From Squalus acanthias (Eukaryota), in NCBI GenBank assembly GCA_030390025.1, contig CM059430.1:62744001-62808000 (forward strand): a stretch of 64,000 nucleotides of DNA, in the 5' to 3' direction. The position numbers were made by a program, and so were the translations under genes. Shown here piece after piece: positions 1-13,186 of this stretch (its first letter is position 1; the number at the start of each line of letters is the position of its first letter). The notes under the pieces are model-generated. The model saw only the letters and a list, made by a program, of their open reading frames with translations, had not been told where the DNA came from and ran no database searches.

Positions 1-470
1 TAAGTCTCCCCTCAGCCTCCTCTGTTGTCAGGAATACAACCCCAGCCTATCCAATCATTCCTCATAGCTAAAATTTTCCAGTCCTGGCAACAGCCTCGTA
101 AATCTCCTCTGTACCCTCTCTAATGCAATCATATCTTTCCTGTAATATGGTGACCAGAACGGTACACAGTTCTCAAGCTGTGGCCTAACTAGTGCTTCAT
201 ACAGTTCAAAGCATAACCTCCCTGCTCTTATACTCTAGGCCTCGGCTAATAAAATAAAGTATCCCGTACGCCTTCTTAACAACCTTATCTACCTGTCCTG
301 CTATCTTCAGGGATCTGTGACACGCACTCCAAGGCCTGTCTGTTTCTCTACACTCCTCAGTATCCTACCATTTATTCTGTATTCCCTTGCCTTATGAGCC
401 CTCCCCAAATGCATTACCTCACACTTCTCCGAGTTGAATTCCATTTATCAATTTTCTGTCCACCTGACCA
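1..470 (-). mobile_element. CR1 LINE 3' ORF2 fragment
   Basis: Similar to 23335-23985. Confidence 0.75.
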
Positions 471-586
471 AGAGCTGGAAAATGGGATTAGAATAGACAG
501 GGCTTGATGGCCGGCGCGGACACGATGGGGAGAAGGGCCTCTTTCTGTGCTGTATAACCCTATGACTCTATGACTCTATAAACAAG

Positions 587-2430
587 TTATGTAGCGGTGT
601 TTCCAGCCGTCTGATTGCGAGTGGGAAAATCCTCTACCCATCGTGAGAATGCATCTACCACAACTAAGAGATATTTATGACCCCGTGATGTAATAGTTAA
701 AGGCCCTGTGTAATCAATCTGTATCTGCTGCCAAGGACCCGAGCGTGGCTGTCGCATTATAGACCCCATTTTCTGTTTCCTTACAGGATCAAATCTAACA
801 CAGCTCAAACATCCTGCCACAGTATCTTAATATCCTGTCCCATACCAGGCCACCATCAATCAGTCCTAAATATCCCTCCATACCTTCGCATTTAGGGTGT
901 CCGCCGACATTATAGCAATGGATCCACTGCTTTAAATCTTTCCGAACTGAATTGGGAAGCAACCATAATTTAACTCCATCCTGCACCCGAAAAACGAGGT
1001 CCTGATGTCGTTCAATCAATTCTTCGCCCAAGGCAACAGACTGATAGATAGACATGAGAGGCGCCAGCTGGTCTTCCTGTCATTGTAAGTCCCGGAGCAG
1101 ACCAGGCTGAGCAGATCATTTACTCTGTCCCCTCGTCACAACCGGAGCCACAGGTATTGCTGCAAAAGCAATGTCCCAGGGCCACGGAGGGGCCTCAAGA
1201 GCCGCCAGTTTTTCTGCCTCATCTGCTATCCTATTGCTCCGGGATAACGGACATTTCTTCCTGTGTTTCTTTAATTTTTGCCATTGACATCCTACGTACT
1301 GACGTACACGAACCTGTATAACTTGCCACATGGGACCAATTTTAATCGCAACGCCATCGGTAGCCATGAAATTGTTATCTATGCACCACTGCAGCAATTG
1401 CATACATCCCCGAAACACATAATCAGAGTCAAGCACAATAACCAACTCCTTCTCCCGAGTGCCTTCTTCAAGCACTGTCAACACAGCAGCCAGCGCCACA
1501 AATTTTGCTGATCGAGAGCATGACACTCCATTTATGCGAACACAGCCAGCCCAGCACGGGGCTGTCCACTCAAGAACTGCCGTCTGTATACCAAAATACC
1601 CCCATCATCTTTAGTCTGGTCAGTAGTCTTTTCCTTAAAAATGGAGTGATTTAATGATGTGGAGGTGGCCTCTCACACATGGAGCTTACCCTCAATTAGA
1701 ATACCGGTCACCCACTCTTGTGGCCTATTCAATTGGTGTAATTTAACATTCTAAGCATGTAGAAGCAGAATCCACTGCCGTGGATGACCGCTATTCTAAA
1801 GTTAGCGAGTTTGCCTTCCAACAGCATTTTCAGGGGTGTCTGGTTTATCCAAAGATGAGCATCTTGCATCCCTGGAAGATATTCAAATTTCTGGACACCC
1901 CAGTTGGAGGACAGGATCAAATTTCTACTCCAGCCCATTTTCAACTCCGGAGATTTAAGTAATCTAGACCAAAAGCAATGGGGCAGTGGTCATCGCCATA
2001 CTTTGTTTTTGGAAGCACAGCTCCGATGCTGGCACCAGATACCGTGGGAAGTAGGTAGCAAGCCTTTTCTGGGTCCTGTTTTGCGTGGACCGGTGCACTG
2101 GCGAGGGCCGTTTTAAGGGCAGTCACGGCTTCTGTATGTTCTTCCAACCACTGTCAGTCAATCTCCTTCAGTAAAACATACATTGGGGCCGCCTTCTCCG
2201 CATAATCATGCATAAAATCTCTACAGGCTCCTGTCATTCTCATGCCCCAATTTTCACTTACACTCGTTTCGCCACTTTACCAGTTATGGGGATATTCTTA
2301 ACACCCTCTATGGACTGTTCAAAATCAGATACTGCCATCCGCTTAGGAAAACTAACACCTGCCCCACTATCTAATAACATAAATTTTACTTCCCCCGCGA
2401 TGCTGGTTCGTACCATGAGGCGCCCCCAGG
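587..2430 (-). mobile_element. pol: Old degenerate retroviral-like pol relic (protease, most of RT deleted, two RNase H-type domains, integrase N-half)
   Basis: MLLDSGAG; ALKTALASAP..IGAVL..PIAF; FWYTDGSS near 1575-1598; VIVLDSDYV; GPWQQIQIDYTGPL..VVVDAFSRWVE. Confidence 0.85.
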
Positions 2431-2441
2431 TCTCCAACTTT

Positions 2442-2975
2442 GGCCCTGAATTTCCGATCGGAGGCTTCCTGCGTGCGGAGGCCTCCGATTGGAAAAAATC
2501 TACGAACTTACCTGCTGGCTCCGAAGGTACCGAGGCTTGCGATGCTGGGCCTCTCCGCGTCCGCGCGGGCAGAGGCACACCTATCCCAGGGGAGCATGCG
2601 GTTCGCAAGTGCACCTGGGATCACGTGGGCAATGGGGAAGCAATCAAAGAAGGGAATCCACTTTCACACTTTTGACAGGTCTCTACCCACAGATCTGTCA
2701 AAAGTATGAATGGGGATCACATTTAAAAAGACAGTTAAATATTAAATATTATTTTTAAATCACGTATTTAAAAATTAGTTTAAATTACTTTAAATTAAAT
2801 ATTTTAAACAACAATTTTATTTTTTGAAAAACATAATTAAAGTTTTTTACAGGGCTAAAAATAAACTTATCTTTTTTAAAAGTATTTTTAAATTATAAAT
2901 GAGTGACTACAATTTTTTTTTTAGTTTTTTTAAACTCTTATGCTGGCAAAAGCAGACCTTATGCTTTTAGTGGGG
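2442..2975. mobile_element. Partial MITE related to 27116-27852
   Basis: ggccctgaatttccgatcggaggcttcc terminus and AT-rich core; other end absent. Confidence 0.65.
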
Positions 2976-2994
2976 TGAAGTTGTGCAGAAAGGG

Positions 2995-4985
2995 CAACTT
3001 GTAGATGGTACACATTGCAGCCACGGTAAGCCGGTGGTGGAGGGAGTGAATGTTTAAGGTGGTGGATGGGGTACCAATCAAGCGGGTTGCTTTGTCCTGG
3101 ATGGTGTCGAGCTTCTTGAGTGTTGTTGGAGCTGCACTCATCCAGGCAAGTGGAGAGTATTCCATCACAGTCCTGACTTGTGCCTTGTAGATGGTGGAAA
3201 GGCTTTGGGGAGTCAGGAGGTGAGACACTCGCCGCAGAATACCTACCCTCTGACCTGCTCTTGTTGCCACAGTATTTAAGTGGCTGGTCCAGTTCAGTTT
3301 CTGGTCAATGGTGACCGCCAGGATGTTGATGGTGGGGGATTAGGCGATGGTAATGCCGTTCAATGTCAATGGGAGGTTGTTAGACTCTTGCTTGTTGGAG
3401 ATAGTCATTGCCTGGTACTTCTGTGGCGCGAATGTTACCTGCCACCTATCAGCCCAAGCCTGAACGTTGTCCAGGTCTTGTTGCATGCGGACATGGACTG
3501 CTTCATTATCTGAGGAGTTCTGAATGGCGCTGAACACTGTGAAGTCATCTGCGAACATCCCCATCTCTGACCTTATGTTGGAGGGAACATCATTGATGAA
3601 GCAGCTGAAGATGGTTGGACCTAGGATTCTGCCCTGAGGAACTCCTGCAGCGATGTCCTGGAGCTGTGATGATTGACCTTCAACCACCACAACCATGTTC
3701 CTTTGTGCTAGGTATGACTCGAGTCAGTGGAAAGTTTTAGCACGATTCTCATTGACTTCAGTTTTACTAGGGCTCCTTGATGCCACACTCGTTCAAATGC
3801 TGACTTGATGTCAAGGGCTGTCACTCTCACTTCACCTCTGGAATTCAGCTCCTTTGTCCATGTTTGGACCAAGGCTGTAATGAGGTCGGCAGCCGAGTGC
3901 CCAAACTGGGCATCGGTGAGCAGGTTATTGGTGAGTAAGTGCCACTTGACAGCACTGTCGATTACACGTTCCATCACTTTGCTGATGATTGAGAGTAGAC
4001 TGATGGGGCATTAATTGGCCCTATTGGATTTGTCCTGCTTTTTGTGGACAGGACATACCTGGGCAGTTTTCCACACTGTAGGATAGATCCCAGTGTTGTA
4101 GCTGTACTGGAACAGCTTGGCTAGAGGCGCGGCTAGTTTTGGAGCACAAGTCTGCAGCACAATAGCCAGGATGGTGCCGGGGTTCATAGACTTTGCCATA
4201 TCCAGTGGGCTGAGCCGTTTCTTTATATCACGTGGAGTGAATCGAATTGGCTGAAGATGGTGGGGACCTCAGGAGTAGGCCGATATGGATCATCCACTTG
4301 GTACTTCTGTCTGAAGTAGCTTGCAAACGCTTCAGCCTTGTCTTTTAGACTCACGTGATGGTCTCCACCATCATTGAGGATGGGGATAGTAATAGAGTCT
4401 CCTTCTCCCGTTAGTTGTTTAATGGTCCAACACCATTCACGACTGGATGTGGCAAGACTGCAGAGCTTTGATCTGCTCCATTGATTGTGGGACCGTTTAG
4501 CCCTGTCTGTAGCACGCAGCTTCCAATTTTTAGCATGCATGTCGACCTGTGTTGCAGCTTCCCCAGGTTGGCACTTAATTTTTAGGTACGGCTGGTGCTG
4601 CTCCTGGAATGCTCTTCTACTTTCCTACGACCAGGGTTGGTCGCCTGGTTTGATGGTAATGCTCGAGTGAGGAATATGCCGGGCCACGAGGTTACAGATT
4701 GTGGTAGAATACAATTCTGCTGCTGCTGATGGCCCACAGCGCCTCATGGATGCCCAGTTTTGAGCTGCTAGATCTGTTCTGAATCTACCCATTTAGCACG
4801 ATGGTAGTGCCACATAACACGATAGAGGGTGTCCTGAGTGTGAAGACGGGACTTCGTCTCCACAATGACTGTGCGGTGGTCACTGCTACCAATACTGTCA
4901 TGGACAGATGCATCTGCGATAGGTAGACTGGTGAGGACGAGGTCAAGTAGGTTTTTCACTCATGTTGGTTGGCTCACCACCTGTC
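2995..4985 (-). mobile_element. CR1/L2-group LINE ORF2 fragment (second family)
   Basis: LLDLVLT..SDH, ALDIKSAFERVWH, GVPQG..LGP, FADD, IYKAQVR..MEY. Confidence 0.85.
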
Positions 4986-4989
4986 ACAG

Positions 4990-5720
4990 ATTAAAATCTA
5001 AAGAGAAAAACATATAAGAAGTAATTTGATACTAAAGGAGAAGAGAACAAAGGGGAATTAGAAGAACATAGATTCAAAAAAATAACATCTGGAAGACAAA
5101 GATAAATTACAAAATACAATTATCAACTAATATAAAAATAAATAATAAAGTGTTCCATAGACGCATAAATAACAAAAGGGAAATTAAAGTATGGATAATG
5201 TCTCCAAAAGATGAGCAAGATAAACTGACTGGTAATGACCGAGAAATGGCAGTTTTTACTAAAGAAGGTAACAAAATAGGCAATTCTCTAGAGCATGAGT
5301 TTAAAAAGAATAGTAATACAGTTGGGACAGAAAGTTAGAAAATAATTGACAAACTAGCAAAACCAAAAGAAGATAAAATCCCAATTCTGGATGTTATGCA
5401 TATATATATATATGTGTGTGTGTATTCTATAGGCCATAGTGCCAGAGGCCTGGTGGACAGGTAATGTTGATCCGATATTAGAAAAGGGAGATAGAACAAA
5501 ACCTGGGAACAATAGACCAGTCAGCTTAACGTCAGTGATAGGAAAGATATTGGATTCTAGACTGAAAGAAGTGATAGAATAAAACTTAGACGCAGGACAT
5601 ATCATAAAAAATAGTCAGCATGGATTCTGAAAGGCGAATGCATACTTAACTAACCTGATAGAATTATTTTAAAAGGTAACAGAAGGAGCTGACAAGGGTA
5701 ATGCAGTAGACGTCATATAC
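4990..5720 (+). mobile_element. Degenerate CR1 ORF2 fragment
   Basis: PGNNRPVSLTSVIGK-like segment at ~5500-5550. Confidence 0.65.
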
Positions 5721-5899
5721 CCACTCAGTTTTAGAACACAGCTACAAGAAGGTATAAGAAGAATGAAACCGAGCCTACCACCTGGCATGAAGCGGGCATT
5801 GGATTCGGGCACGAGAAATCCGAGTTCACGCTGCAAAATCCTCACTACCAACTGATGTGTGCCAAAATTAGGAGAGCTGTCCGACCGACTACCAATCAG

Positions 5900-7345
5900 C
5901 CAACATCCCACTGGCAGGACAGACACAACAGTGGGAGGGAGCGGCCATGGAAGTCCTCAACACTGAATCTGCATGGCATGGAAACCTCCTGCTGATTACC
6001 GCCCTCAGCTGATGAATGTTGAACATGACTTGGATTAAACACTGAGGGCACAGAATGTACTGCTGGGGGACTTCAGTGACCAAGTGTGACTCGGTAGCAA
6101 CACTACTGACCGACCTGGTTGACTGGGATTGTGGCGGTTGGTGATACAACAACCACGAGGTAAAATCCTACTGACCAAGTAAAACTTGAAAAACATGACC
6201 ATAACATTGGCAGGAGTGACCAACAAAATCCAGCCTTCACATTGAGACACGTGTTGTGTTAAATCAGATCAGATTAGATCAGAACAGATCTAGCAGCTCG
6301 AAGCTTGGCATCCATAAGGCAAGGTGGACCATCAGCAACAGCAGAATTGTATTCCACCACAATCTGTAACCTCATGGTCTGACATATCCCTTACTCTAAT
6401 ATTAACATCAAGCCAGGCGACCACCCCTGGTTCAAAAAGTAGTGTAGGCATGCAACAGAAACAGCACCAGGCATCCTTAAAATGAGCTGACAACCTGGTG
6501 AAGCTCTGTCTATACAGCGGAATCAGCATAGTGTAGATAGAACAAAGCGATGCCACAATCAACGGAGCAGATCAAAGCTCTGAGGTCCTTCCACATCCAG
6601 TTGTGAATGGTGGTGGACAATTAAACAACTAGCGGGAGGAGGAGGCTCCGTGAACATGCCCATCCTCAACGATGGCGGAGCTCAGCATGTGAGTGCAAAA
6701 GACAAGGCTGAAGCGTTTGCAACCATCTTCAGCCAGAAGGGCCGAATAGATGATTCACCTCGACCTCCTCCTGAAGTTCCCGCCAGTCAGTCTTCAGCCA
6801 CTTCCAAATCACTCCACTTGATATCAAGAAAAACGCTATGGGCCCCTGCAACATTCCAGCTGTCGTGCTCCAGACTTGTGCTCCAGAACTGGCCTCGCCT
6901 CTAGCCAAGCTACTCCAGTACAGTTACAACACTGCTATCTACTGAACAAGGTGGAAAATTGCCCAGTTATGTCCTGCCCACAAAAAGAAGGACAGATTCA
7001 ATCCGGCCAGTTACCGCCTCATTTGAGCAATTTGCTGATGACTGAGATTAGGCAAACTGATGGGAGGTGTCGTGGACAGAGTTGCCAGATGGCACATACT
7101 CACCAATAACCTGATCACCGATGCTCAGTTTGGGATCCGCCAGGACCACTTGGATCCAGGCCTCATTACAGCCTCAGTCCAAACATGGACAAAAGAGCTG
7201 AATTCCAGAGTTAATGTGAGAGTGAAGGTTCTTGACATCAAGGCTGCATTTGACCGAGTGTACCACCAAGGAGCCTTAATAACATTTAAGTCAACAGGAA
7301 TCAGGAGGATAACTCTGCACTGGATGGTAGTTGTGGCTTTTGGTA
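5900..7345 (+). mobile_element. LINE fragment of the same family as 2995-4985, opposite orientation
   Basis: PILNDGGAQHVSAKDKAEAFA, VQTWTKELNSR..LDIKAAFDRV. Confidence 0.8.
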
Positions 7346-8822
7346 GTTAGGGCTTTTTGGTCAAAAAGAAGAAGACTTAGAGGTGACGTGACTGAGGTCT
7401 TTACAATTATGAATCTGTTGGACAGGGGTGGGGTGGTGAGATAGTTTACTGCGTTAAATAGAGATCACGTAAATTTAAAACAATCATAGTTTTGGGTCCG
7501 TTGAGTTGATTAACCATTCGTATTCATATTTTTACTTTGATTATGTATTAATTGTAATATAAACCGTGACTATTTACTTGCAGCAAGGATTATCTTTATA
7601 TTAAGCCACCAGAAAAATACTAATCTACAAATCTGCCTGGACGGAGAGAGACAAGATGTGCTCCCATTGACATTCGAAGTTGAATACTTTGTCAATATGT
7701 ATCCACAGCCACGATAAATTCGCCGTGCATGTGTTGGTCGGAATATTTGCTTCTGGGCATATGTCTTCGCCTTGTCTTTTCAACCATCTTGTGCATAATC
7801 ATAGGCAATGTATTCTTTAAAGGGAATGCAAACAACCCGACGCTTCAGAACTGTTTTAAATTCCTTCAATGTTGTAATGGGAAATAATTCTCAACTTCTC
7901 AGTATCTTTCAATCCCCTTTGTTATGATACCGATCTGCTGGTTGCATGCTGTCTGGGAGCAGGAAATCCGTGTGGAAGTGCGTCCCCTGTGACATCACGA
8001 GTGGGGATTTCTTGCCTCTGCTCAATGTCCCGATGTGATTGGAACGGGACAGCAAGACGACACATTAGAAATTCTTTGCAAATCTGCTCCCTCATCACCT
8101 CCAAACTCTAGTTCTATTATGTCAAACAGTGTGATAGGAACAACTTGAATGAGCAACATTCCTCACAAAAAGGTTACAATTAAGGAGAAATTGAATAAAA
8201 TATGCTTGATGGGCCGAACTCTTGACTTTTTGGACAATATGTAGAACCTACCATTTGTGAGCCCATGTGATCAATGTTACAGTATTGTAGGGCATGAAGA
8301 AATTGCAGTGCATTTCAGAGATTTAACCAATTTAACTGTACTGAAATTTATGCGTGGATGAAATATAAAAGGCAGAAAATGTACAGGAAAACGCTTAGAG
8401 AAATATATGAAAATGGAATGTATAAAAGAGGAACAAACGCCTTAAGACGAAGCGCTTTCACATTCCCATCAGTAGCAATAGTGAGGTTAGGAAATTTACA
8501 ATGATAAATGTGAAGTAGAATCTCTGTTGAATGTGAACATTAAGTGTTGTTATAATTACACTGAAACATGCCATGTGAAATAACTGCTGTTCTTCAGCAC
8601 TAGATACGTTTTCAGTATGTTACAATTAACAGAGTTAAATTGAGAACAAGACGTGTTGGCGCTTTCAGCTGAGCCACAGAACTGCTTCCTTTACTGAGCT
8701 CGCATAAGCGATTCGTCCTTATAAATACGATAGCAAAATACTGCAGATGCTGGAAATCCGAAATAACAACAGAAAACGCTGGAAAAACTTAGCAGGCGAG
8801 GCAACATCCGTGGAGAGAGAAA

Positions 8823-8863
8823 CAGAGTTAACGTTTCAGGTCGAAGACCTTTCATCAGAACTG
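8823..8863 (-). ncRNA. Minimal hammerhead ribozyme motif, inverted copy
   Basis: Reverse complement of 11234-11274. Confidence 0.75.
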
Positions 8864-11233
8864 GAGACAGCAGGAAATCAAATAGATTTAAAGCAAAGAT
8901 AAAGCTGGGAAAAGGGGGAGGGGATGAAAGAACAAAAGGAGAGATTAAGAGACATTAAGAGACATTAAGAGATATTCAAGGCAAGAGGTGGTGTTAATGT
9001 GACAGGTTAAGGCTGAAAGAAGTGTGAAATGCAATGGCAGAATGAAGGACAGCTGCCAGCTTCTAGGAGGAAAATAAAAAGGGGGGGCAAATAAAAGGTG
9101 GATGAGAAAATAAAATATAACTGTGATGGGGCTAAGGTTATGATCTAAAATTGTTGAACTCGATATTGAGTCCAGAGGGCTGTAGCATGCCTAAACGAAA
9201 GATGAGGTGCTGTTCCTCGAGCTTATGCTGCGCTTCCGTGGAACAGTGTAATAGGCCAAGGACGGTGAGGTCAGAGTGGGAGTGAAGCGGTGAATTAAAG
9301 TGACAGGCGACCGAGAGCTCGGGGTCCCCCTTACGGACTGAACGGAGGTGTTCTGCAAAGCGGTCACCCATTCTGCGTTTGGTCTCCCCAATGTAGAGGA
9401 GACCACATCATGAGCAGTGAATACAGTATACTAAATTGCAGGAAGTACAAGTAAATCGCTGTTTCACCTGGAAGAGGTGTTTGGGGCCCTGGACAGTGGG
9501 AAGAGGGGAGGTATAAGGGCATGTGTTGCATCTCCTGTGCTTGCACGGGAAGGTGCCGGACGAAGGGGAAGGGGTGCTGGGGGTGGTAGAGGAGTGGACT
9601 AGGGTGTCGCGGAGGGAGCGGTCCCTGCGGAATGCTGAAAGGGGAGGTGAGGGGAAGATACGTTTGGTGGTGGGATCACGCTGGAGGTGGCGGGAAATGG
9701 CGGAGGATGATCCGTTGAATGTGGAGGCTGGTGGGGTGAAAGGTGAGGACAAGGTGAACTCTATCGTGGTTCCGGGAGGGAGGGGTAGGGGTGAGGGCAG
9801 AACTGCGGGAGATAGAACGGACACGGTCGAGGGCCGTGTCGACCACGGTAGAGGGGAATCCTCGGTTGAGGAAAAAGGAAGACATGTCGGAAGCACTGGT
9901 ATGGAAGGTGGCATCATCAGAGCAGATGCGGCGGAGATGGAGAAACTGGAAGAATGGAATAGAGTCCTTACAGCAGGCGGAGTGGGAGGAAGTGTAGTCC
10001 AGGTAGCTGTGGGAGTCAGTGGGCTTGTAGTGAATGTTAGTCAATAACCTATCCCCAGATAGGTTATTGACTAACATTCACTACAAGCCCACTGACTCCC
10101 ACAGCTACCTGGACTACACTTCCTCCCACCCCGCCTCCTGTAAGGACTCTATTCCATTCTCCCAGTTTTTCCGTCTTGCCGCATCTGCTCTGATGATGCC
10201 ACCTTCCATACCAGTGCTTCCGCCATGTCTTCCTTTTTCCTCAACCAAGGATTCCCCTCTACCGTGGTCGACACTGCCCTCGACGTGTCCGTTCTATCTC
10301 CCGCACTTCTGCCCTCACCCCTGCCCCTCCCTCCCGGAACCACGATAGAGTTCCCCTTGTCCTCACCTTTCACCCCACCAGCCTCCACATTCAACGGATC
10401 ATCCTCCGCCATTTCCGCCACCTCCAGCATGATCCCACCACCAAACGCATCTTCCCCTCACCTCCCCTTTCAGCATTCCGCAGGGACCGCTCCCTCCGCG
10501 ACACCCTAGTCCACTCCTCTACCACCCCCAGCACCCCTTCCCCTTCGCCCGGCACCTTCCCGTGCAAGCGCAGGAAATGCAACACATGCCCTTATACCTC
10601 CCCTCTTCCCACTGTCCAGGGCCCCAAACACCCCTTCCAGGTGTAACAGCGATTTACTTGTACTTCCTGCAATTTAGTATACTGTATTCACTGCTCATGA
10701 TGTGGTCTCCTCTACATTGGGGAGTCCAACGCAGAAAGGGTGACCGCTTTGCAGAACACCTCCGTTCAGTCTGTAAGGGGGACCCCGAGCTCCCGGTCGC
10801 CTGTCACTTTAATTCACCGCTTCACTCCCACTCTGACCTCACCGTCCTTGGCCTATTACACTGTTCCACGGAAGCGCAGCATAAGCTCGAGGAACAGCAC
10901 CTCATCTTTCGTTTAGGCACGCTACAGCCCTCTGGACTCAATATCGAGTTCAACAATTTTAAATCATAACCTTAGCCCCATCACATTTATATTTTATTTT
11001 CTCATCCACCCTTTTATTTGCCGCTCCCTTTTTTTTCCTCCTAGAAGCTGGCAGCTGTCCTTCATTCTGCCATTGCATTTCACACTTCTTTCAGCCTTAA
11101 CCTGTCACATTAACACCACCTCTTGCCTTGAATATCTCTTAATGTCTCTTAATCTCTCCTTTTGTTCTTTCATCCCCTCCCCCTTTTCCCAGCTTTATCC
11201 TTGCTTTAAATCTATTTGATTTCCTGCTGTCTC

Positions 11234-11274
11234 CAGTTCTGATGAAAGGTCTTCGACCTGAAACGTTAACTCTG
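11234..11274 (+). ncRNA. Minimal type I hammerhead ribozyme motif (Penelope-type)
   Basis: agtt-CTGATGA-a-aggtc(ttc)gacct-GAAAC-GTT-aact: conserved core, stem II, loopless palindromic stem III. Confidence 0.75.
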
Positions 11275-11584
11275 TTTCTCTCTCCACGGATGTTGCCTCG
11301 CCTGCTGAGTTTTTCCAGCGTTTTCTGTTGTTATTTCGTCCTTATAAATATTTAGCAACACATCAGTGTAGCGAAAACCAGAAGGTAAAAACCACAGCTA
11401 ATCGCTTATGGTTTATCAGAACTGATAGATCGCCCAGACATTGACCTTTTAAATCATGTACATAGATGTGCCACTGTTTCGGTTAATGGATTATCAAAAT
11501 AATCTACACCACTTTGTCTCCAGTTTGAAGCAACGAATTGTTACTAGACGAGAAAATCGAATGTGAAGTAAACTGAAACATTAT

Positions 11585-11924
11585 GGGCCGGATATTCCGA
11601 CACCCACGGGTGTGTACGAGTTGTGTACACACCCGTAGGGGCCTTGCAAGGGCCGGTTTCAGGCATGCAAAGCACTTGCGCTAAAACCCGGCACTTCCGA
11701 TCTGTCAACAATTCTCTTGACAGATCCTGCGCCTGCCCTGGAGAAGTGCCTCCACAGGCAGAGATTTCCGCTTTCTGCACAAACTCCGCCCGCTGAAAAC
11801 CGGTAAAAAATCATAGTCCTGGTAAAAGCAGGTGTAAGGCGCGCGAGCCAGCAGGTCAGTGCGTAGATTTTTCCCGATCGGAGGCATCCGCACGCAGGAA
11901 GCCTCCTATCGGAAAATCCGGTCC
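11585..11924. mobile_element. Short Harbinger-type MITE
   Basis: TIR gggccggatattccga / tcggaaaatccggtcc; similar to the ends of 27116-27852. Confidence 0.7.
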
Positions 11925-12170
11925 ATGACAGGTAAACAGTTGCACATTTACTTCAATTTTGCGGCCCCCGTCATTCGGGAAAAAACTGCAACGTTCTTGT
12001 AGAAACCTGGGCTAATCAAGGCAAATCAGCACGGATTTCGAAATGGCAAACCGTGCTGGACTTCCCAGCGGTTGTATATAATATATTTTTATTGAATTCA
12101 TGTATGATGATAATTAGTTACAGCAAGGCTATAAGCGTATCCTTGTAATCGAAAGAGTAGAGATTTGTCT

Positions 12171-13186
12171 TCAGTTAAATAATAGATTTAACATTAAAGT
12201 ACGTCAGGAAAGTTACATTTTTCTTTAAAGCAGCTAAAAGAAAATGTATCAAATAATTGAACAGTAAGTAATAACTATAGACTGCTTTCTCTGATATATC
12301 TCTGGAATGCTTTACCTCCTGGGGGAATGGTATCGCACGCTTTACAAACGCGTGGAGTTGATATGGCAGCGGAATGTGATCAGTACACACCAAAAATGTG
12401 CCTTCTGCATCGAAAATGTAATGCTAATTGATTCTTCCTTCTGTGTACACAGGCTCTGTTACTCCTCTTTGTTTTTTTGTCTGCAACTGGCCATACTCTG
12501 TGCTTCTTACGTTATTTTTGCATATCCCCGTTTTCTTTGAGCCAGTCAATGCTAGAGTCGCGTATATCAGCTTGTCACGGCCGGTCCCTTGTTCAGTCTG
12601 TAAAGCCAATGTTTGGGTGTATTGTTAATTGGCCTTTTTGCAAGTTCTGCGGACTGCTGCTCAAAGTAGACATCAGAAGGACACACAAATAGCCACACAA
12701 ATACAACACACGGTCAAAGTCAGCACAAACATATTCCCTCTGCTATCGCATGAATGTTGATGTTACACCGGTGATCTATGTTTCTCTGATCTGTCACTTA
12801 GCCCTACCTGATTGTACACGGCTCCCTGCTCTTCACGTTTACGTCTTGGAGTTTTCCTGGCTTTGCTCATTTCTAAAGCAGCATACTGCACGATCTCAGC
12901 CGCTGCTCCCTGCATGGGTCACAATGAAAATGTTTGATTATGTCGTCAGTACATTGCCTTCACCAGTTTACGTACCGCTGATCAAACATTGAAGAGATTG
13001 ACCGGGGCTTGAGATCAAGTGCACAAACCTTAGTTCATATATATTTAGATAAGTGGGAATATCAAGGCACTGTGGTCGCTATAACTAATATTTAAACCTG
13101 TCAATGATCATGCTGCAATACAGTGTTACAGAAATGTTTAAAGGAGTGGCAGCTTTAGAACGTAAAGTTTTATTCAAATCCAAAGA
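12171..13186. repeat. ~1-kb direct duplication, copy A (partner ~15493-16484)
   Basis: Colinear similarity from tcagttaaataatagat to ttcaaatccaaaga. Confidence 0.9.
12424..12597 (-). CDS. Duplicated exon 6 (distal copy), intact, motifs LIYATL, TEYGQL, PVYTEG; candidate alternative last exon
   Basis: Same acceptor ggctttacag, same 174-nt length, open frame; minus-strand AATAAA at 12088-12093. Confidence 0.65.
   Translation of the reverse strand, partial: TEQGTGRDKLIYATLALTGSKKTGICKNNVRSTEYGQLQTKKQRGVTEPVYTEGRIN

Larger units (their letters stand above)
8728..11334. mobile_element. Penelope-like element inserted as a fold-back palindrome (RT C-terminus, GIY-YIG endonuclease and 3' region in both arms)
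   Basis: Arms ~8760-10053 and 10058-11338 with a 4-nt loop (ccca); HYKPTD, VYCIHC..LYIGET..RFAEH, QPSGLN motifs; direct repeat ttcgtccttataaata at 8712-8727 and 11335-11350. Confidence 0.92.

Noticed and set aside
2258-2614. 118-aa ORF
   Set aside because: Chimera of MITE sequence read into the relic protease
2995-7345. Oppositely oriented LINE copies resembling a large inverted repeat
   Set aside because: Copies are diverged with different extents; independent insertions suffice
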